DNA of 64,000 nucleotides from Saprospiraceae bacterium (GCA_044226205.1 JBGAHL010000016.1:8208-72207); one strand, 5' to 3'. Counted from the first letter of the stretch, positions 7,810 to 17,342 are shown. The notes: generated from the letters alone by a model not told the origin. Made by a program: numbers and translations.

Positions 7810-8736
7810 ATGCAACTCACCATCCTCGGCAATGGCTCTGGCGGCCCGTTTCAGGGCAGGCATTACACGGCGCAGATTTTACAGGTCGATAACCATATTT
7901 ACCTGATCGATTGCGGCGAAGGTACCCAGATGCAAATGCATCGTTTTCAGGTGCGTTACGACCGGCTGGAACAAATTTTTATCAGCCACCTGCACGGCGA
8001 TCATGTGTTCGGACTGGTAGGTCTGCTGACCTCCTGGTGCCTCAAAAGACGCACCCTTCCGCTCGATATTTATGCGCCGCCGGGCATGGAAGAACTGATA
8101 ACCACCAACCTGCGCCTCTGCGGCGTACGGGTGCCGGTCACTTACCCCCTGCGATTCCACGTCGTGGATGCGGCGGTGTTTGCCAAAGTTTTCGAGACGC
8201 CGACCCTGGAAGTGTACAGCGTGCCGCTCGAACATCGGGGCGTGGAATGCTGCGGCTGGCTGTTTCGGGAAAAACCGCGCCTGCGCAACATCCGCCCCGA
8301 AAAAATTACCGAATACGACATTCCCTACACCCTGTTGCCGGGCATCAAGGCCGGGCAGGATCTCGTTTTGCCCGGCGGCCAGATCGTGCCCAACGAAGAC
8401 CTGACTTTGCCGCCCCGCGCCCCGCTCAGCTACGCTTTTTGCAGCGATACGTCGCCGTCCGAACGGGTCGCCGAATGGGTGCAAGTGGTCGATCTGCTGT
8501 ATCACGAAGCCACGTTCCTCTCCGAGCATACGACCGAGGCCGAACTGTCCGGGCACTCCACCGCCGCGCAGGCGGCGCAAATCGCACGACAGGCCGGCGT
8601 CGGGAAACTGCTTTTGGGACATTTTTCAGGCCGCTACAACGACACCGACGGGCATCTGGCCGAGGCGAGGGCAGTTTTTGACCGCACGGAAGCAGCAGAA
8701 GAAGGCAAAACCTACGAGGTGGAACACCGCGATTGA
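7810..8736 (+). CDS. rnz: ribonuclease Z (metallo-beta-lactamase fold)
   Basis: Start taken at MQLTILGNGSG, Met21 of ORF 7750..8736. The motif ISHLHGDHVFGL and the C-terminal HFSGRY are present. Confidence 0.85.
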   Translation: MQLTILGNGSGGPFQGRHYTAQILQVDNHIYLIDCGEGTQMQMHRFQVRYDRLEQIFISHLHGDHVFGLVGLLTSWCLKRRTLPLDIYAPPGMEELITTNLRLCGVRVPVTYPLRFHVVDAAVFAKVFETPTLEVYSVPLEHRGVECCGWLFREKPRLRNIRPEKITEYDIPYTLLPGIKAGQDLVLPGGQIVPNEDLTLPPRAPLSYAFCSDTSPSERVAEWVQVVDLLYHEATFLSEHTTEAELSGHSTAAQAAQIARQAGVGKLLLGHFSGRYNDTDGHLAEARAVFDRTEAAEEGKTYEVEHRD

Positions 8737-8781
8737 ACTTTTACCTCCTGCATAATTTCCCCGAAAAAGTATCTTCGCCCG

Positions 8782-9609
8782 ATGCAATTCAAGCGACTTT
8801 CCGGGCTTATTCTGGCGCTGCTGAGCAGTGCGGCGGTGCTGCATGCACAGGTTTTTATGCGGGCCTTCGATCCTGCTCCAGCGCTGGGCATGGGCGGCGC
8901 CAATGTGGCTTATCCCGACCCTACCGCCGGCCTGGCCAATGAAGCGGCGCTCGTATTCCAGCCCCGTTGGGGTTTGTTGCTGGGCTCCGCCCTGCCGTAC
9001 GCCGTGGAAGGCTGGACGACCGCGAATTTTCAGGCCTACACCAGCATCGACGCCAACAGCAGCGCCGCGATCGACATTGCCCACAATGGCACTGCCGCTT
9101 ATCAGGAACAGCGTTTTCGCCTGCAGTACGCGCGCCGTGCCGGCGCCAAGTTCGCGTTCGGGGGCAGCGCCGACCTGATGCGCGTGTCGGCGCAGGACTA
9201 CGGTTCCGCCAATGCGTTCAGTTTCGGACTCGGGGTGCTGGCCCAACCCGTCAAAAACCTCTGGCTGGGCGCCCGGGTGCAAAATCCGCTTCAAGTCAAA
9301 CTTGGCGACGATATCCTGCCCGCCACCTTGCGCGTAGGCGCCGCCTGGCGCAGCTCGAAAACCCTGCTGTGGCTGCTCGAAGCGGAAAAAGACCTCGAAC
9401 GCCCCGCACAAATTCGCGCAGGGCTGGAGTATCGCCCCTTGCCTTCCCTGTTTTTGAGAGCGGGCATTCGGAGTGCGCCCGGGAGGATGTCGCTCGGGGC
9501 AGGTTTTTTGTTAAAAAATGGACTGGCACTGCATGCCGCGGCCGAATGGCACCCGGTTTTGGGCGTCACACCAGCCGCCGGCATCAGCTACACGGCCGCC
9601 GCGAGATAA
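8782..9609 (+). CDS. outer-membrane beta-barrel protein, unknown function (PorV/PorQ-like features)
   Basis: A signal peptide ends in VLHAQ. The block LGMGGANVAYPDPTAGLANEAAL resembles the N-terminal motif of PorV/PorQ-type barrels, and amphipathic strands continue to the C-terminus. The family assignment is tentative. Confidence 0.5.
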   Translation: MQFKRLSGLILALLSSAAVLHAQVFMRAFDPAPALGMGGANVAYPDPTAGLANEAALVFQPRWGLLLGSALPYAVEGWTTANFQAYTSIDANSSAAIDIAHNGTAAYQEQRFRLQYARRAGAKFAFGGSADLMRVSAQDYGSANAFSFGLGVLAQPVKNLWLGARVQNPLQVKLGDDILPATLRVGAAWRSSKTLLWLLEAEKDLERPAQIRAGLEYRPLPSLFLRAGIRSAPGRMSLGAGFLLKNGLALHAAAEWHPVLGVTPAAGISYTAAAR

Positions 9610-9653
9610 ACCCCTGTCAACTTTTCCCCTGTATTCAAGCTAACTATCCAAAT

Positions 9654-10541
9654 ATGCACCACATTACAGTTATCGGCGGTGGCACCATGGGCAATGGCAT
9701 CGCACACGTTTTTGCACAATACGGATTCAAGGTCACACTCGTCGACGTGGCACAGGCCGCGCTCGACAAGGCCCGGGCGACCATTGAAAAAAACCTCGAC
9801 CGGCAGGTCGGAAAAGGCGCCATCAGCGAAGCCGACAAAGCCGCTACCCTCGACCGGCTGACTTTCCAAACTGACCTTGCCGCAGGCGTTCAACACGCTG
9901 ACCTGGTCGTGGAAGCCGCCACGGAAAACGTGAACCTGAAACTCAAGATTTTTATCGACATCGATCAGGTGGCGCCCGCCGGCTGCATTCTCGCGACCAA
10001 TACTTCCAGCATCAGCATCACGAAAATCGCCGCCGCGACAAAACGCCCCGACAAGGTGATCGGCATGCACTTCATGAACCCCGTGCCGGTAATGAAACTG
10101 GTCGAGGTGATTCGCGGCTACGCGACCTCCGACGAGGTGACGACCCAAATCATGGACCTGTCGCGGACGCTCGAAAAAGTGCCCGTGGAAGTCAATGATT
10201 ACCCCGGGTTCGTGGCCAACCGCATCCTCATGCCGATGATCAACGAAGCCATCTTCACCCTCTACGAGGGCGTGAGTGGCGTGGCGGAGATCGATACGGT
10301 GATGAAACTCGGCATGGCGCACCCCATGGGACCGCTCCAGTTGGCCGATTTTATCGGCCTCGATGTTTGTCTGGCCATCCTGCGTGTGTTGCACGAAGGC
10401 TTCGGCAACCCGAAATACGCGCCCTGTCCCTTGCTCGTCAACATGGTGACGGCCGGCAAGCTGGGCGCCAAAAGCGGGGAAGGGTTTTACACTTATACTC
10501 CCGGCTCCAAGGATCTGGTGGTTTCGCCGCGCTTTCGGTAA
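9654..10541 (+). CDS. hbd: 3-hydroxybutyryl/3-hydroxyacyl-CoA dehydrogenase
   Basis: Begins MHHITVIGGGTMGNGIAHVF (Rossmann GxGxxG). The blocks NTSSISIT, GMHFMNPVPVMKLVEV, PGFVANRILMPMINEA and HPMGPLQLADFIGLDV are present. The long ORF 8967..10541 is real only from ATG 9654. Confidence 0.87.
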   Translation: MHHITVIGGGTMGNGIAHVFAQYGFKVTLVDVAQAALDKARATIEKNLDRQVGKGAISEADKAATLDRLTFQTDLAAGVQHADLVVEAATENVNLKLKIFIDIDQVAPAGCILATNTSSISITKIAAATKRPDKVIGMHFMNPVPVMKLVEVIRGYATSDEVTTQIMDLSRTLEKVPVEVNDYPGFVANRILMPMINEAIFTLYEGVSGVAEIDTVMKLGMAHPMGPLQLADFIGLDVCLAILRVLHEGFGNPKYAPCPLLVNMVTAGKLGAKSGEGFYTYTPGSKDLVVSPRFR

Positions 10542-10616
10542 TTCGAGCCCGTGCAGGAGTCGGGCATCAAACATTGCGACTGAATGCCCGATTCCTGCGC
10601 CACATTTCACTGCCGT

Positions 10617-11180
10617 ATGGAACAACTCGAACGGGCCCTGGACCAGATTTATCCTTTGCCGCAGCCGGCGAGAGCCACTTTCCTGGCCGCGTGGAGCCGT
10701 GCCGAGTATCCCAAAGGGCATTTATTGCTGCCCGAAGGAAAAGTGAGCCATTACTTCTACTTCGTCAGGCAGGGCCTGGTCCGTATTTTTTATCATAAAG
10801 GCAAAAACGAGATCACGGAATGGCTGACGATGGACGGCCGCTTTTTCCTTTCCATTACCAGTTTTTTCAAACGCGCACCCAGCCGCCTCATCATTCAGTT
10901 GCTCGAACCCTCGGAGATCCTGTTTATCCATCACGATGCGTTCATGCAACTTTGCCGCGAATACCACGACGTGGAGCGGCTTTTCCGGCTCATGCTGACC
11001 GATTCTCTGCTGCTTTCGCAACAGCGCGTCGATTCTCTGCAGTTCGAGACCGCCCGTCAGCGTTATCAAAAATTGCTGACCTCGCATCCGGACATCGTGC
11101 AGCGCGTGCCGCTGGCGTACATCGCTTCTTTCCTCGGCATCACACAGGAGACCCTGAGCCGCATCCGCGCGGCATACTGA
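10617..11180 (+). CDS. Crp/Fnr-family transcriptional regulator (cNMP-binding domain plus HTH)
   Basis: A cNMP-binding-like beta-roll (GHLLLPEGKVSHYFYFVRQGLVRIFY) and a C-terminal HTH (PLAYIASFLGITQETLSRIR) are present. Start at Met12 is preferred. Confidence 0.75.
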   Translation: MEQLERALDQIYPLPQPARATFLAAWSRAEYPKGHLLLPEGKVSHYFYFVRQGLVRIFYHKGKNEITEWLTMDGRFFLSITSFFKRAPSRLIIQLLEPSEILFIHHDAFMQLCREYHDVERLFRLMLTDSLLLSQQRVDSLQFETARQRYQKLLTSHPDIVQRVPLAYIASFLGITQETLSRIRAAY

Positions 11181-11294
11181 CGCATTATTTGACATTTGTC
11201 AAAAGCAAACCTGCGCTCCTCCTCCCATCTTTGTTACCTCATTGCTGCGCAGCAAAAATTTGTTCCCGTTCAACGTTTCAACTGCTTGAAAACG

Positions 11295-13646
11295 ATGGTA
11301 AAATTTTTGCTTCCCGCCCTCTCGGGCCTCCTTTTTTGCTCCGCTCTTTTTGCCCAAAACACCGACTACCACGCCCGCGCCAAGGCGCTGGTGGCGCAAA
11401 TGACCCTTGAAGAAAAAGCCGGCCTGTGCTCCGGCCAGGATTTCTGGAGCACCAAGCCGATCCCCCGGCTCGGTATTCCCTCGGTGTTTATGACCGACGG
11501 CCCGCACGGCCTGCGCAAAGCCGTGGGCACCGACCTGGCCAACAGCGTGCCCGCTACCTGTTTCCCGACTGCTTCCGCACTGGCCTCCTCCTGGGACGTC
11601 GATCTCATCGGTCAGGTCGGGGTGGCGTTGGGACGCGAATGCCAGGCCAACGATGTGCAAATCCTGCTCGGGCCGGGCGTCAATATGAAGCGCTCCCCTT
11701 TGGGCGGCCGCAACTTTGAGTATTTTTCTGAAGATCCCGTGCTGTCGGGCCAGATTGCGGCCGCCCTGATCAACGGGGTGCAAAGCCAGGGCGTAGGCAC
11801 TTCGCTGAAACACTTCGCGGCCAACAACCAGGAATATGAGCGCATGACCATGAGTTCTAACCCCGATGAGCGCAGCCTGCATGAAATCTATTTTCCTGCC
11901 TTTGAAATTGCCGTAACCAAGGCGCAGCCCTGGTCGGTCATGTGCGCGTACAACAAACTGAACGGCGTGTATTGCGCCGAAAATCCCTACCTGCTCACCG
12001 ATGTGCTGCGGCGCGACTGGGGCTTTCAGGGCTTCGTGGTGTCCGACTGGGGCGCCGTCAACGACCGGCCGACGGGCGTCGCGGCGGGCCTGAACCTTGA
12101 AATGCCGTCGAGCGGCGGCCGCAACGACCAGAAAATCATTGCCGCCGTCCGCTCTGGTCAGTTGAAGGAGACCGATCTGGACCGCTCGGCGACCGACCTG
12201 CTGGCCGTGCTGTTGAAGGCTTACAATGCACGCCGTCCGGGTACGCGTGTCGACGTCAATGCGCAGCATGCGCTGGCTCGTCAGGTTTCGGCCGACTGTG
12301 TGGTGTTGTTGAAAAACGAAGGGCAAATCTTGCCGGTTCAGCCGGGCAAGGTGAAAAAAGTGGCGGTAATCGGGAGTTTTGCCAAAAATCCCCGCTTTCA
12401 GGGCAGCGGCAGTTCGCAGGTGCGCCCCACGCAGGTCGTTAATGCTTACGACGAATTGTCCAAAATTTTGTCGCCCGCGACCAGCCTGAGCTACGCCGAG
12501 GGCTACCGCCCCGACGGCAGCAGCAGTGAGGAATTGCTCGCCGAGGCGCGCCGACAAGCCAAAAACGCCGATCTGGCTATCGTTTTCGTGGGTTTGCCCG
12601 ACTCGTACGAGTCCGAAGGCTACGACCGCGCAGGCATCGATTTGCCCGAATGGCACAACCGGCTGGTGGCCGCCGTGGCTGCCGAACAATCCAACCTGGT
12701 CGTCGTGCTGATCAACGGCTCGGCCGTCGCGATGCCCTGGGCTGCGCAGGCCGATGCCATCGTGGAAGGCTGGCTCGGCGGGCAAGGCGGCGGTGGCGCT
12801 CTGGCCGATGTGCTCACGGGGCGCGTCAATCCGTCGGGCAAACTTTCCGAGACGTTCCCCGAACGACTGGAAGACACGCCTTGCTACCTCGATTTCCCGG
12901 GCAAAGGCGGCGAAGCGCGCTACGGCGAAGGTATTTTTATCGGCTACCGTTATTACGACAAGAAAAAAATCGCCCCCCTGTTCCCCTTCGGTTTCGGGTT
13001 GAGTTACACCACTTTTTCTTTTGAAAAAATGAGTCTCAGTGCGTCGTCTATCAAGGACACGGACCCGCTGACGGTTGACATTACGGTCAAAAACACAGGA
13101 AAAGTGGCCGGCAAAGAGGTCGTCCAGCTGTACGTCAGGGAGCCCAACGCCCCGGTCATCCGCCCGGAAAAAGAACTGCGGCATTTTGCCAAAGTCAGTT
13201 TGCAACCCGGCGAAAGCAAGGTGGTTCGTTTCGAACTGTCGTACCGCGATTTCGCCTGGTACGACCCGGCCGTACACGCCTGGCAGGTCAATTCGAATCA
13301 GTTCATCATCCTTGCCGGCGGCTCATCGGCCCAGTTGCCCCTTCAGCAAAATGTACAGGTGGAAGCAACGCGGAAATTGTACCCGCCCCTCTCGCGCAAT
13401 TCCATGTTGAAAGAATTTGCCGCCAACCCCAAAGGCCGGTTCGTGTACGACGAAATCACGGCATTGTTGACGGCCACCGATCCCAATGCGCCCAAAATGA
13501 CGCCCGAAGAGGCCGAAATACGCCGCAAATCGAGCGCCATGATGTTGACGTTCATGCAGGACATGCCGGTGTACAAAGTCGTGTACATGTCGCGCGGCCG
13601 CCTGACCGACGAACGCCTGAACGATATGTTGAGCCGGATCAAATAG
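11295..13646 (+). CDS. bglX: glycoside hydrolase family 3 beta-glucosidase, secreted
   Basis: The signal peptide is MVKFLLPALSGLLFCSALFAQ. GH3 blocks are present: DGPHGLR, GPGVNMKRSPLGGRNFEYFSEDP, and GFVVSDWGA with the nucleophile Asp. A C-terminal Fn3-like domain follows. Confidence 0.9.
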   Translation: MVKFLLPALSGLLFCSALFAQNTDYHARAKALVAQMTLEEKAGLCSGQDFWSTKPIPRLGIPSVFMTDGPHGLRKAVGTDLANSVPATCFPTASALASSWDVDLIGQVGVALGRECQANDVQILLGPGVNMKRSPLGGRNFEYFSEDPVLSGQIAAALINGVQSQGVGTSLKHFAANNQEYERMTMSSNPDERSLHEIYFPAFEIAVTKAQPWSVMCAYNKLNGVYCAENPYLLTDVLRRDWGFQGFVVSDWGAVNDRPTGVAAGLNLEMPSSGGRNDQKIIAAVRSGQLKETDLDRSATDLLAVLLKAYNARRPGTRVDVNAQHALARQVSADCVVLLKNEGQILPVQPGKVKKVAVIGSFAKNPRFQGSGSSQVRPTQVVNAYDELSKILSPATSLSYAEGYRPDGSSSEELLAEARRQAKNADLAIVFVGLPDSYESEGYDRAGIDLPEWHNRLVAAVAAEQSNLVVVLINGSAVAMPWAAQADAIVEGWLGGQGGGGALADVLTGRVNPSGKLSETFPERLEDTPCYLDFPGKGGEARYGEGIFIGYRYYDKKKIAPLFPFGFGLSYTTFSFEKMSLSASSIKDTDPLTVDITVKNTGKVAGKEVVQLYVREPNAPVIRPEKELRHFAKVSLQPGESKVVRFELSYRDFAWYDPAVHAWQVNSNQFIILAGGSSAQLPLQQNVQVEATRKLYPPLSRNSMLKEFAANPKGRFVYDEITALLTATDPNAPKMTPEEAEIRRKSSAMMLTFMQDMPVYKVVYMSRGRLTDERLNDMLSRIK

Positions 13647-13648
13647 CG

Positions 13649-15628
13649 CTATTGGCGCACCACCTTTTGAGAATACCGGCCTCCCCGGCTGGTTTCCACG
13701 GTGATGAAATACATGCCCCGTTCGGCCGGCAGCCAGATGGTGTTGTCGGCCGAACGATCCCAAACCAGTCGCCCTTTGGCGTCGTACGCGCGCACGCTGC
13801 GGAGGGTTTCGCCGGGCGCTGTCGAGACGAACACGCGACCGTCGTTGCTCAGGGTCGGGCTGATGCGCACTTGCGAGGCCGCTACGGGACGGGTGGAGAG
13901 CGGCGTGACGACCACCGGGCCGAGCGTTTTTTCCGCGACCAGCACGGGGCTGCGGTCGGCGGCTTCCAGCATGACCTTGAACGAATCGATCTCGGGCGAC
14001 GACCATTCGAAAATCGGCACCATCCATTTGGGCGGCAAACTTTGGTACCAAACCCGCGCCGTGACGGTCAGCGTGCCCTCGTAGCCGTCGAGCGGAATGC
14101 GGTAATGCACCCGGTCGGAGCCCGAACCTTCTACTCCGTCGGCATTAAAATTAAAATCAGGATCGCTCAACGCCCCGCCGACAATGGCTGTGGTGTCGTA
14201 GGTCGGGTCGCCGAGCGAGAAGCCGGCGGGCACGAGGCGGTTGTCTTTCATGGCGCTGTGGCAACGTTCGAGCACGTTGGTGAAATTGCCCGCCACATCG
14301 CCCGGCACGAGTTCGTAAATCTGCACCTGATCGGCCCGATTGATGACATTGTAGTGCGGTTCGAAATTGGGGTCTTCGTCGGGCAAACTGTAATCTGGGT
14401 CATAACGCCCGGAGTGGAACACCGTTTCTCCGCTTTCATTTTTCACCTCAAACTCGATCCATGCGCGGCGGGCCGGGTAGCCAGAGGGGAATTTGTGGCC
14501 CGCCTTGTTGACCAAACTCAGGTCGAACTGCACGGTGTCGCCGTTGAGGTCGGCTGCCGAGAGGGACATGTCGAGCGATTTTTGCTGCAACATGCGCAGG
14601 GTGGCGGCGATGGTGCTGTCGAATTGTTCCGCCTGCGCCGGAATCTGGAGCGCTTCCCGATTGTCGCGCAGCAATTTGAGCATAGTCACGTTGGCGCCGG
14701 CCAGTTCGTGCAGTCCGAAAGGCGATTTTGGGGTCAGAAACTGGTAGTTGGCGGAAATGATGATCTCGTCGTTGATCTGCGGGACGTGGCAGGTCTGGCA
14801 ACTGACGTTGTCGTGCTGCTTGTCGTAACGAGAGTTGAGCCACTCGTGGTAAGTCGCCTGCTCGACAAAACTCGTACCGGTCAGGTTGCCCTGCAAATCG
14901 ACGGCGTCGGTGATCAGGGTATGGCAGCCTGCGCAAAGTCCGCCGTCGGCGATGTGCGGGCCAAACAGCGGTGTGATGCCCACGAAGTTGTGCATGGGCG
15001 GCGCAAAAGAGAATTCATACGGCCCGTAGGCGATGCGAATAAAATTGGTGTCGAAATACAGGTTGCCGGAGTTGAGCAGGCCCAGCATTTGCGGCGATTG
15101 CGCATGACAAGCCTGGCAGGTGACGCCGTCGAGGCCCAGGGTGTCGGTGTAGAGGTCGGCGAGGGTGTAAAACTCCTCGTGGCGTTTCAGCTTGGCCTGG
15201 TAGTGGCCCGCCGGCGCATGGCAGGAGGTACACTTGTTTTGCAGTTCGTTGCTATGGGCCGGGTTGACCAGAATTTCATGGGTCACTTTGGCCCGCCAGA
15301 ACGGGTCGCGGGCGCTGTTGGCCATCATTGTGGAGCGCCAGTCGTCGTAAATGTTCACGTCTTTGCCGTCGGTGGTCACCAGCGCAAACATATTCGGATC
15401 GTGGCCGTGGCAGCCGCCGCAGGTTTTGGAGGTGGGAAAAAGAATGTTGGAATCGATAGGAAGCAGGTCGGGGGAGTTGTGACCGATGGCCTGGCCTTTC
15501 ATAAAAGCCTGGAAAAACTCCAGTTCAGCCGCACTGTGAAAAGTTTTTTGGTCGCGGGAAAAGGGGAAAAGTGCGAGCAGCACAACAGCGAGCGGCAGAG
15601 AAAAAGCCAGTAGCGTATATTTTTTCAT
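13649..15628 (-). CDS. multiheme c-type cytochrome (5 CxxCH) with a T9SS type-A C-terminal sorting domain
   Basis: A signal peptide is present. Heme motifs are CGGCH (aa 70-74), CTSCH (133-137), CQACH (171-175), CAGCH (232-236) and CQTCH (277-281). The last ~80 aa (RISPTLSNDGRVFVSTAPGE...GMYFITVETSRGGRYSQKVVRQ) look like a T9SS CTD. Confidence 0.75.
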   Translation of the reverse strand: MKKYTLLAFSLPLAVVLLALFPFSRDQKTFHSAAELEFFQAFMKGQAIGHNSPDLLPIDSNILFPTSKTCGGCHGHDPNMFALVTTDGKDVNIYDDWRSTMMANSARDPFWRAKVTHEILVNPAHSNELQNKCTSCHAPAGHYQAKLKRHEEFYTLADLYTDTLGLDGVTCQACHAQSPQMLGLLNSGNLYFDTNFIRIAYGPYEFSFAPPMHNFVGITPLFGPHIADGGLCAGCHTLITDAVDLQGNLTGTSFVEQATYHEWLNSRYDKQHDNVSCQTCHVPQINDEIIISANYQFLTPKSPFGLHELAGANVTMLKLLRDNREALQIPAQAEQFDSTIAATLRMLQQKSLDMSLSAADLNGDTVQFDLSLVNKAGHKFPSGYPARRAWIEFEVKNESGETVFHSGRYDPDYSLPDEDPNFEPHYNVINRADQVQIYELVPGDVAGNFTNVLERCHSAMKDNRLVPAGFSLGDPTYDTTAIVGGALSDPDFNFNADGVEGSGSDRVHYRIPLDGYEGTLTVTARVWYQSLPPKWMVPIFEWSSPEIDSFKVMLEAADRSPVLVAEKTLGPVVVTPLSTRPVAASQVRISPTLSNDGRVFVSTAPGETLRSVRAYDAKGRLVWDRSADNTIWLPAERGMYFITVETSRGGRYSQKVVRQ

Positions 15629-15735
15629 GGAAAGTCAGCAGCGGTTTGATTTGACCGGCCAAAAATAGGGGCTTGGTAAATGCAAGCGAGCGTTAGAATG
15701 CTATTTGTCAAAACGAGACGGAAAGGAGGGCGGAG

Positions 15736-15940
15736 AGGTGTGGGTTTGGTGGACAGGATTTACAGGATTTTTTTGATTAAAAAGGGGAGTAGACCTTGCC
15801 AATGTTGTTTTGGCGGTGGGAAAAGGAAAGGGCGGAGAATCTACCCGCACGCGGCCGCCCAGACAACCAATTACTCAACCACAATTTATCCCCATTTTAA
15901 TCAAAAAATCCTGTAAATCCTGTCCATCAACCCCACACCT
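15736..15940. repeat. MITE-like element with ~46-bp terminal inverted repeats
   Basis: The left arm 15736-15783 is aggtgtgggtttggtggacaggatttacaggatttttttgattaaaa. The right arm 15895-15940 is its reverse complement with a few mismatches or indels. The core is about 110 bp and non-coding. Confidence 0.6.
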
Positions 15941-15957
15941 GTCCCGCAAAAAAACGG

Positions 15958-17337
15958 TCAAAATTTGAGCATTTTGACTGTTTTTTTGCCTGAAAGCCAT
16001 CCCCTGATGATCCGCCCGGCATCGGGGTCGGGGCCGGGCAAACGCATCATTTCCAGCAGGTCCTCAGTGGTGCAGGCCTCTTCGGCGTTGGCAAATGCGT
16101 AGCCCAGAAACCGTCCGTCCTGCACCCCGACAATGGCGTTTTCGCCGGTGTTCCGACCGGGTTCAACCAGAAAAAAACTGCCGCTCAGCCGTTTGTCGAG
16201 CACCAGCAGCGCCTGTTCGAGACGGGCGTTGTAGTCTTCTGGCGATTCCTCACCCACACAGGCGCCGCGACATTGTTTGATGTTGTAATGAAAGCAGGCG
16301 GCCCCGCTGAAATCGAGGTTGCAAAGCCGGTCGCAGAGTTCGAACTGTCGCACCACGGCCTGCAAATGGTTGCGGGCGTGGTCGAGTTTGGGGTATTCGG
16401 CCACCAGTTCCAGGTCTTTTTTGATGCGGGCGGTGATCTTGCCCGGCGCCAGGCAGCGGTAGCCCCGTTCGTCGGTGTAGGCAAAAATACCGCCCACGAA
16501 ATGCTGGTTGCGCATGGCGCGGTTGACGGGCGGTTGCAGGCGTTTGATCTCGGCGCTTTCGAGCAGCAGCGCCACAAGTTCGGAGCCCGTGACCTCGAAG
16601 CTGAGGTCGGCTACGCCAGCGCGCAATTTTTCGCCCTTGGCCGTCGGGTCGCTGAAATGTTCGAACAGCCGCTTCTGGATGTTCAGGCTTTTTCCCACAT
16701 AAATCACCTGCCCCTCGCTGTTGTGAAAATAATACACCCCGCAAGCTGTCGGTATCTCGTGCAGGCGCTCGAGCGTGATGGCCTGCGGAAGTTTGGCCTC
16801 GCGCACGCCGCGGTTGACGAACTGCCGGATGCTTCCTTCGGCCGATTGCTCGGCGAGGATGAGTTCGAACAGGCGGGCCGTGGCCAGGGTGTCGTCGAGC
16901 GCGCGGTGGCTTTGTTCGGCGTGAATGCCAAAATGGCGTTTCAGGTTGCCCAGACTGTAGCTGGGCAGACCGGGAAACACCTTGCGGGCCAGGCGCACGG
17001 TGCAAAGTTGTTTGCGGTTGAACTCGAACCCCAGGCGGGCAAACTCTTCACGGACAAAGTGATAATCGAAACTCACGTTGTGAGCGACAAAGATTTTGCC
17101 TTCGGTCATTTCCACGATTTTACGCGCTACTTCGTAGAATTTCGGGGCATGGGCCACCATATCGTCGGTGATGCCGGTCAGTTGAGTGATGTTCCAGGGA
17201 ATGCTGCGCTCGGGGTTGAGCAGGGTGGAGAAGGTATCGACGACGCGCGCGCCGTCGTGCAACACGATGGCGATTTCGGTGATGCGTTCGTAGCGGGCCT
17301 GTCCGCCCGTGGTTTCGACGTCGATGATGGCGTACAT
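15958..17337 (-). CDS. DnaQ-like 3'-5' exonuclease fused to a GIY-YIG nuclease domain
   Basis: DEDDh exonuclease motifs (AIIDVETTG, FVAHNVSFDYHF, HRALDD) are followed by a GIY-YIG region (CGVYYFHNSEGQVIYVGKSLNIQKR). Confidence 0.85.
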   Translation of the reverse strand: MYAIIDVETTGGQARYERITEIAIVLHDGARVVDTFSTLLNPERSIPWNITQLTGITDDMVAHAPKFYEVARKIVEMTEGKIFVAHNVSFDYHFVREEFARLGFEFNRKQLCTVRLARKVFPGLPSYSLGNLKRHFGIHAEQSHRALDDTLATARLFELILAEQSAEGSIRQFVNRGVREAKLPQAITLERLHEIPTACGVYYFHNSEGQVIYVGKSLNIQKRLFEHFSDPTAKGEKLRAGVADLSFEVTGSELVALLLESAEIKRLQPPVNRAMRNQHFVGGIFAYTDERGYRCLAPGKITARIKKDLELVAEYPKLDHARNHLQAVVRQFELCDRLCNLDFSGAACFHYNIKQCRGACVGEESPEDYNARLEQALLVLDKRLSGSFFLVEPGRNTGENAIVGVQDGRFLGYAFANAEEACTTEDLLEMMRLPGPDPDAGRIIRGWLSGKKTVKMLKF

Positions 17338-17342
17338 GCGGG

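Noticed and set aside
8967-9653. The N-terminal 229 aa of the 524-aa ORF 8967..10541, which overlaps the outer-membrane protein gene in another frame.
   Set aside because: This part is Arg/Pro-rich with no coding character. The dehydrogenase homology, including the Rossmann GxGxxG, starts exactly at the internal ATG 9654.
10560-10592. The hairpin tcgggcat-N17-atgcccga after the dehydrogenase gene, as a possible terminator.
   Set aside because: It has only an 8-bp stem with a long loop and no T-run. It also overlaps a possible alternative start of the Crp-family gene. The support is too weak to call.
15680-15916. A 78-aa ORF inside the MITE-like element.
   Set aside because: It is composed of the inverted-repeat arms and the G-rich core, it has no coding signature, and its position is better explained as a non-coding repeat.
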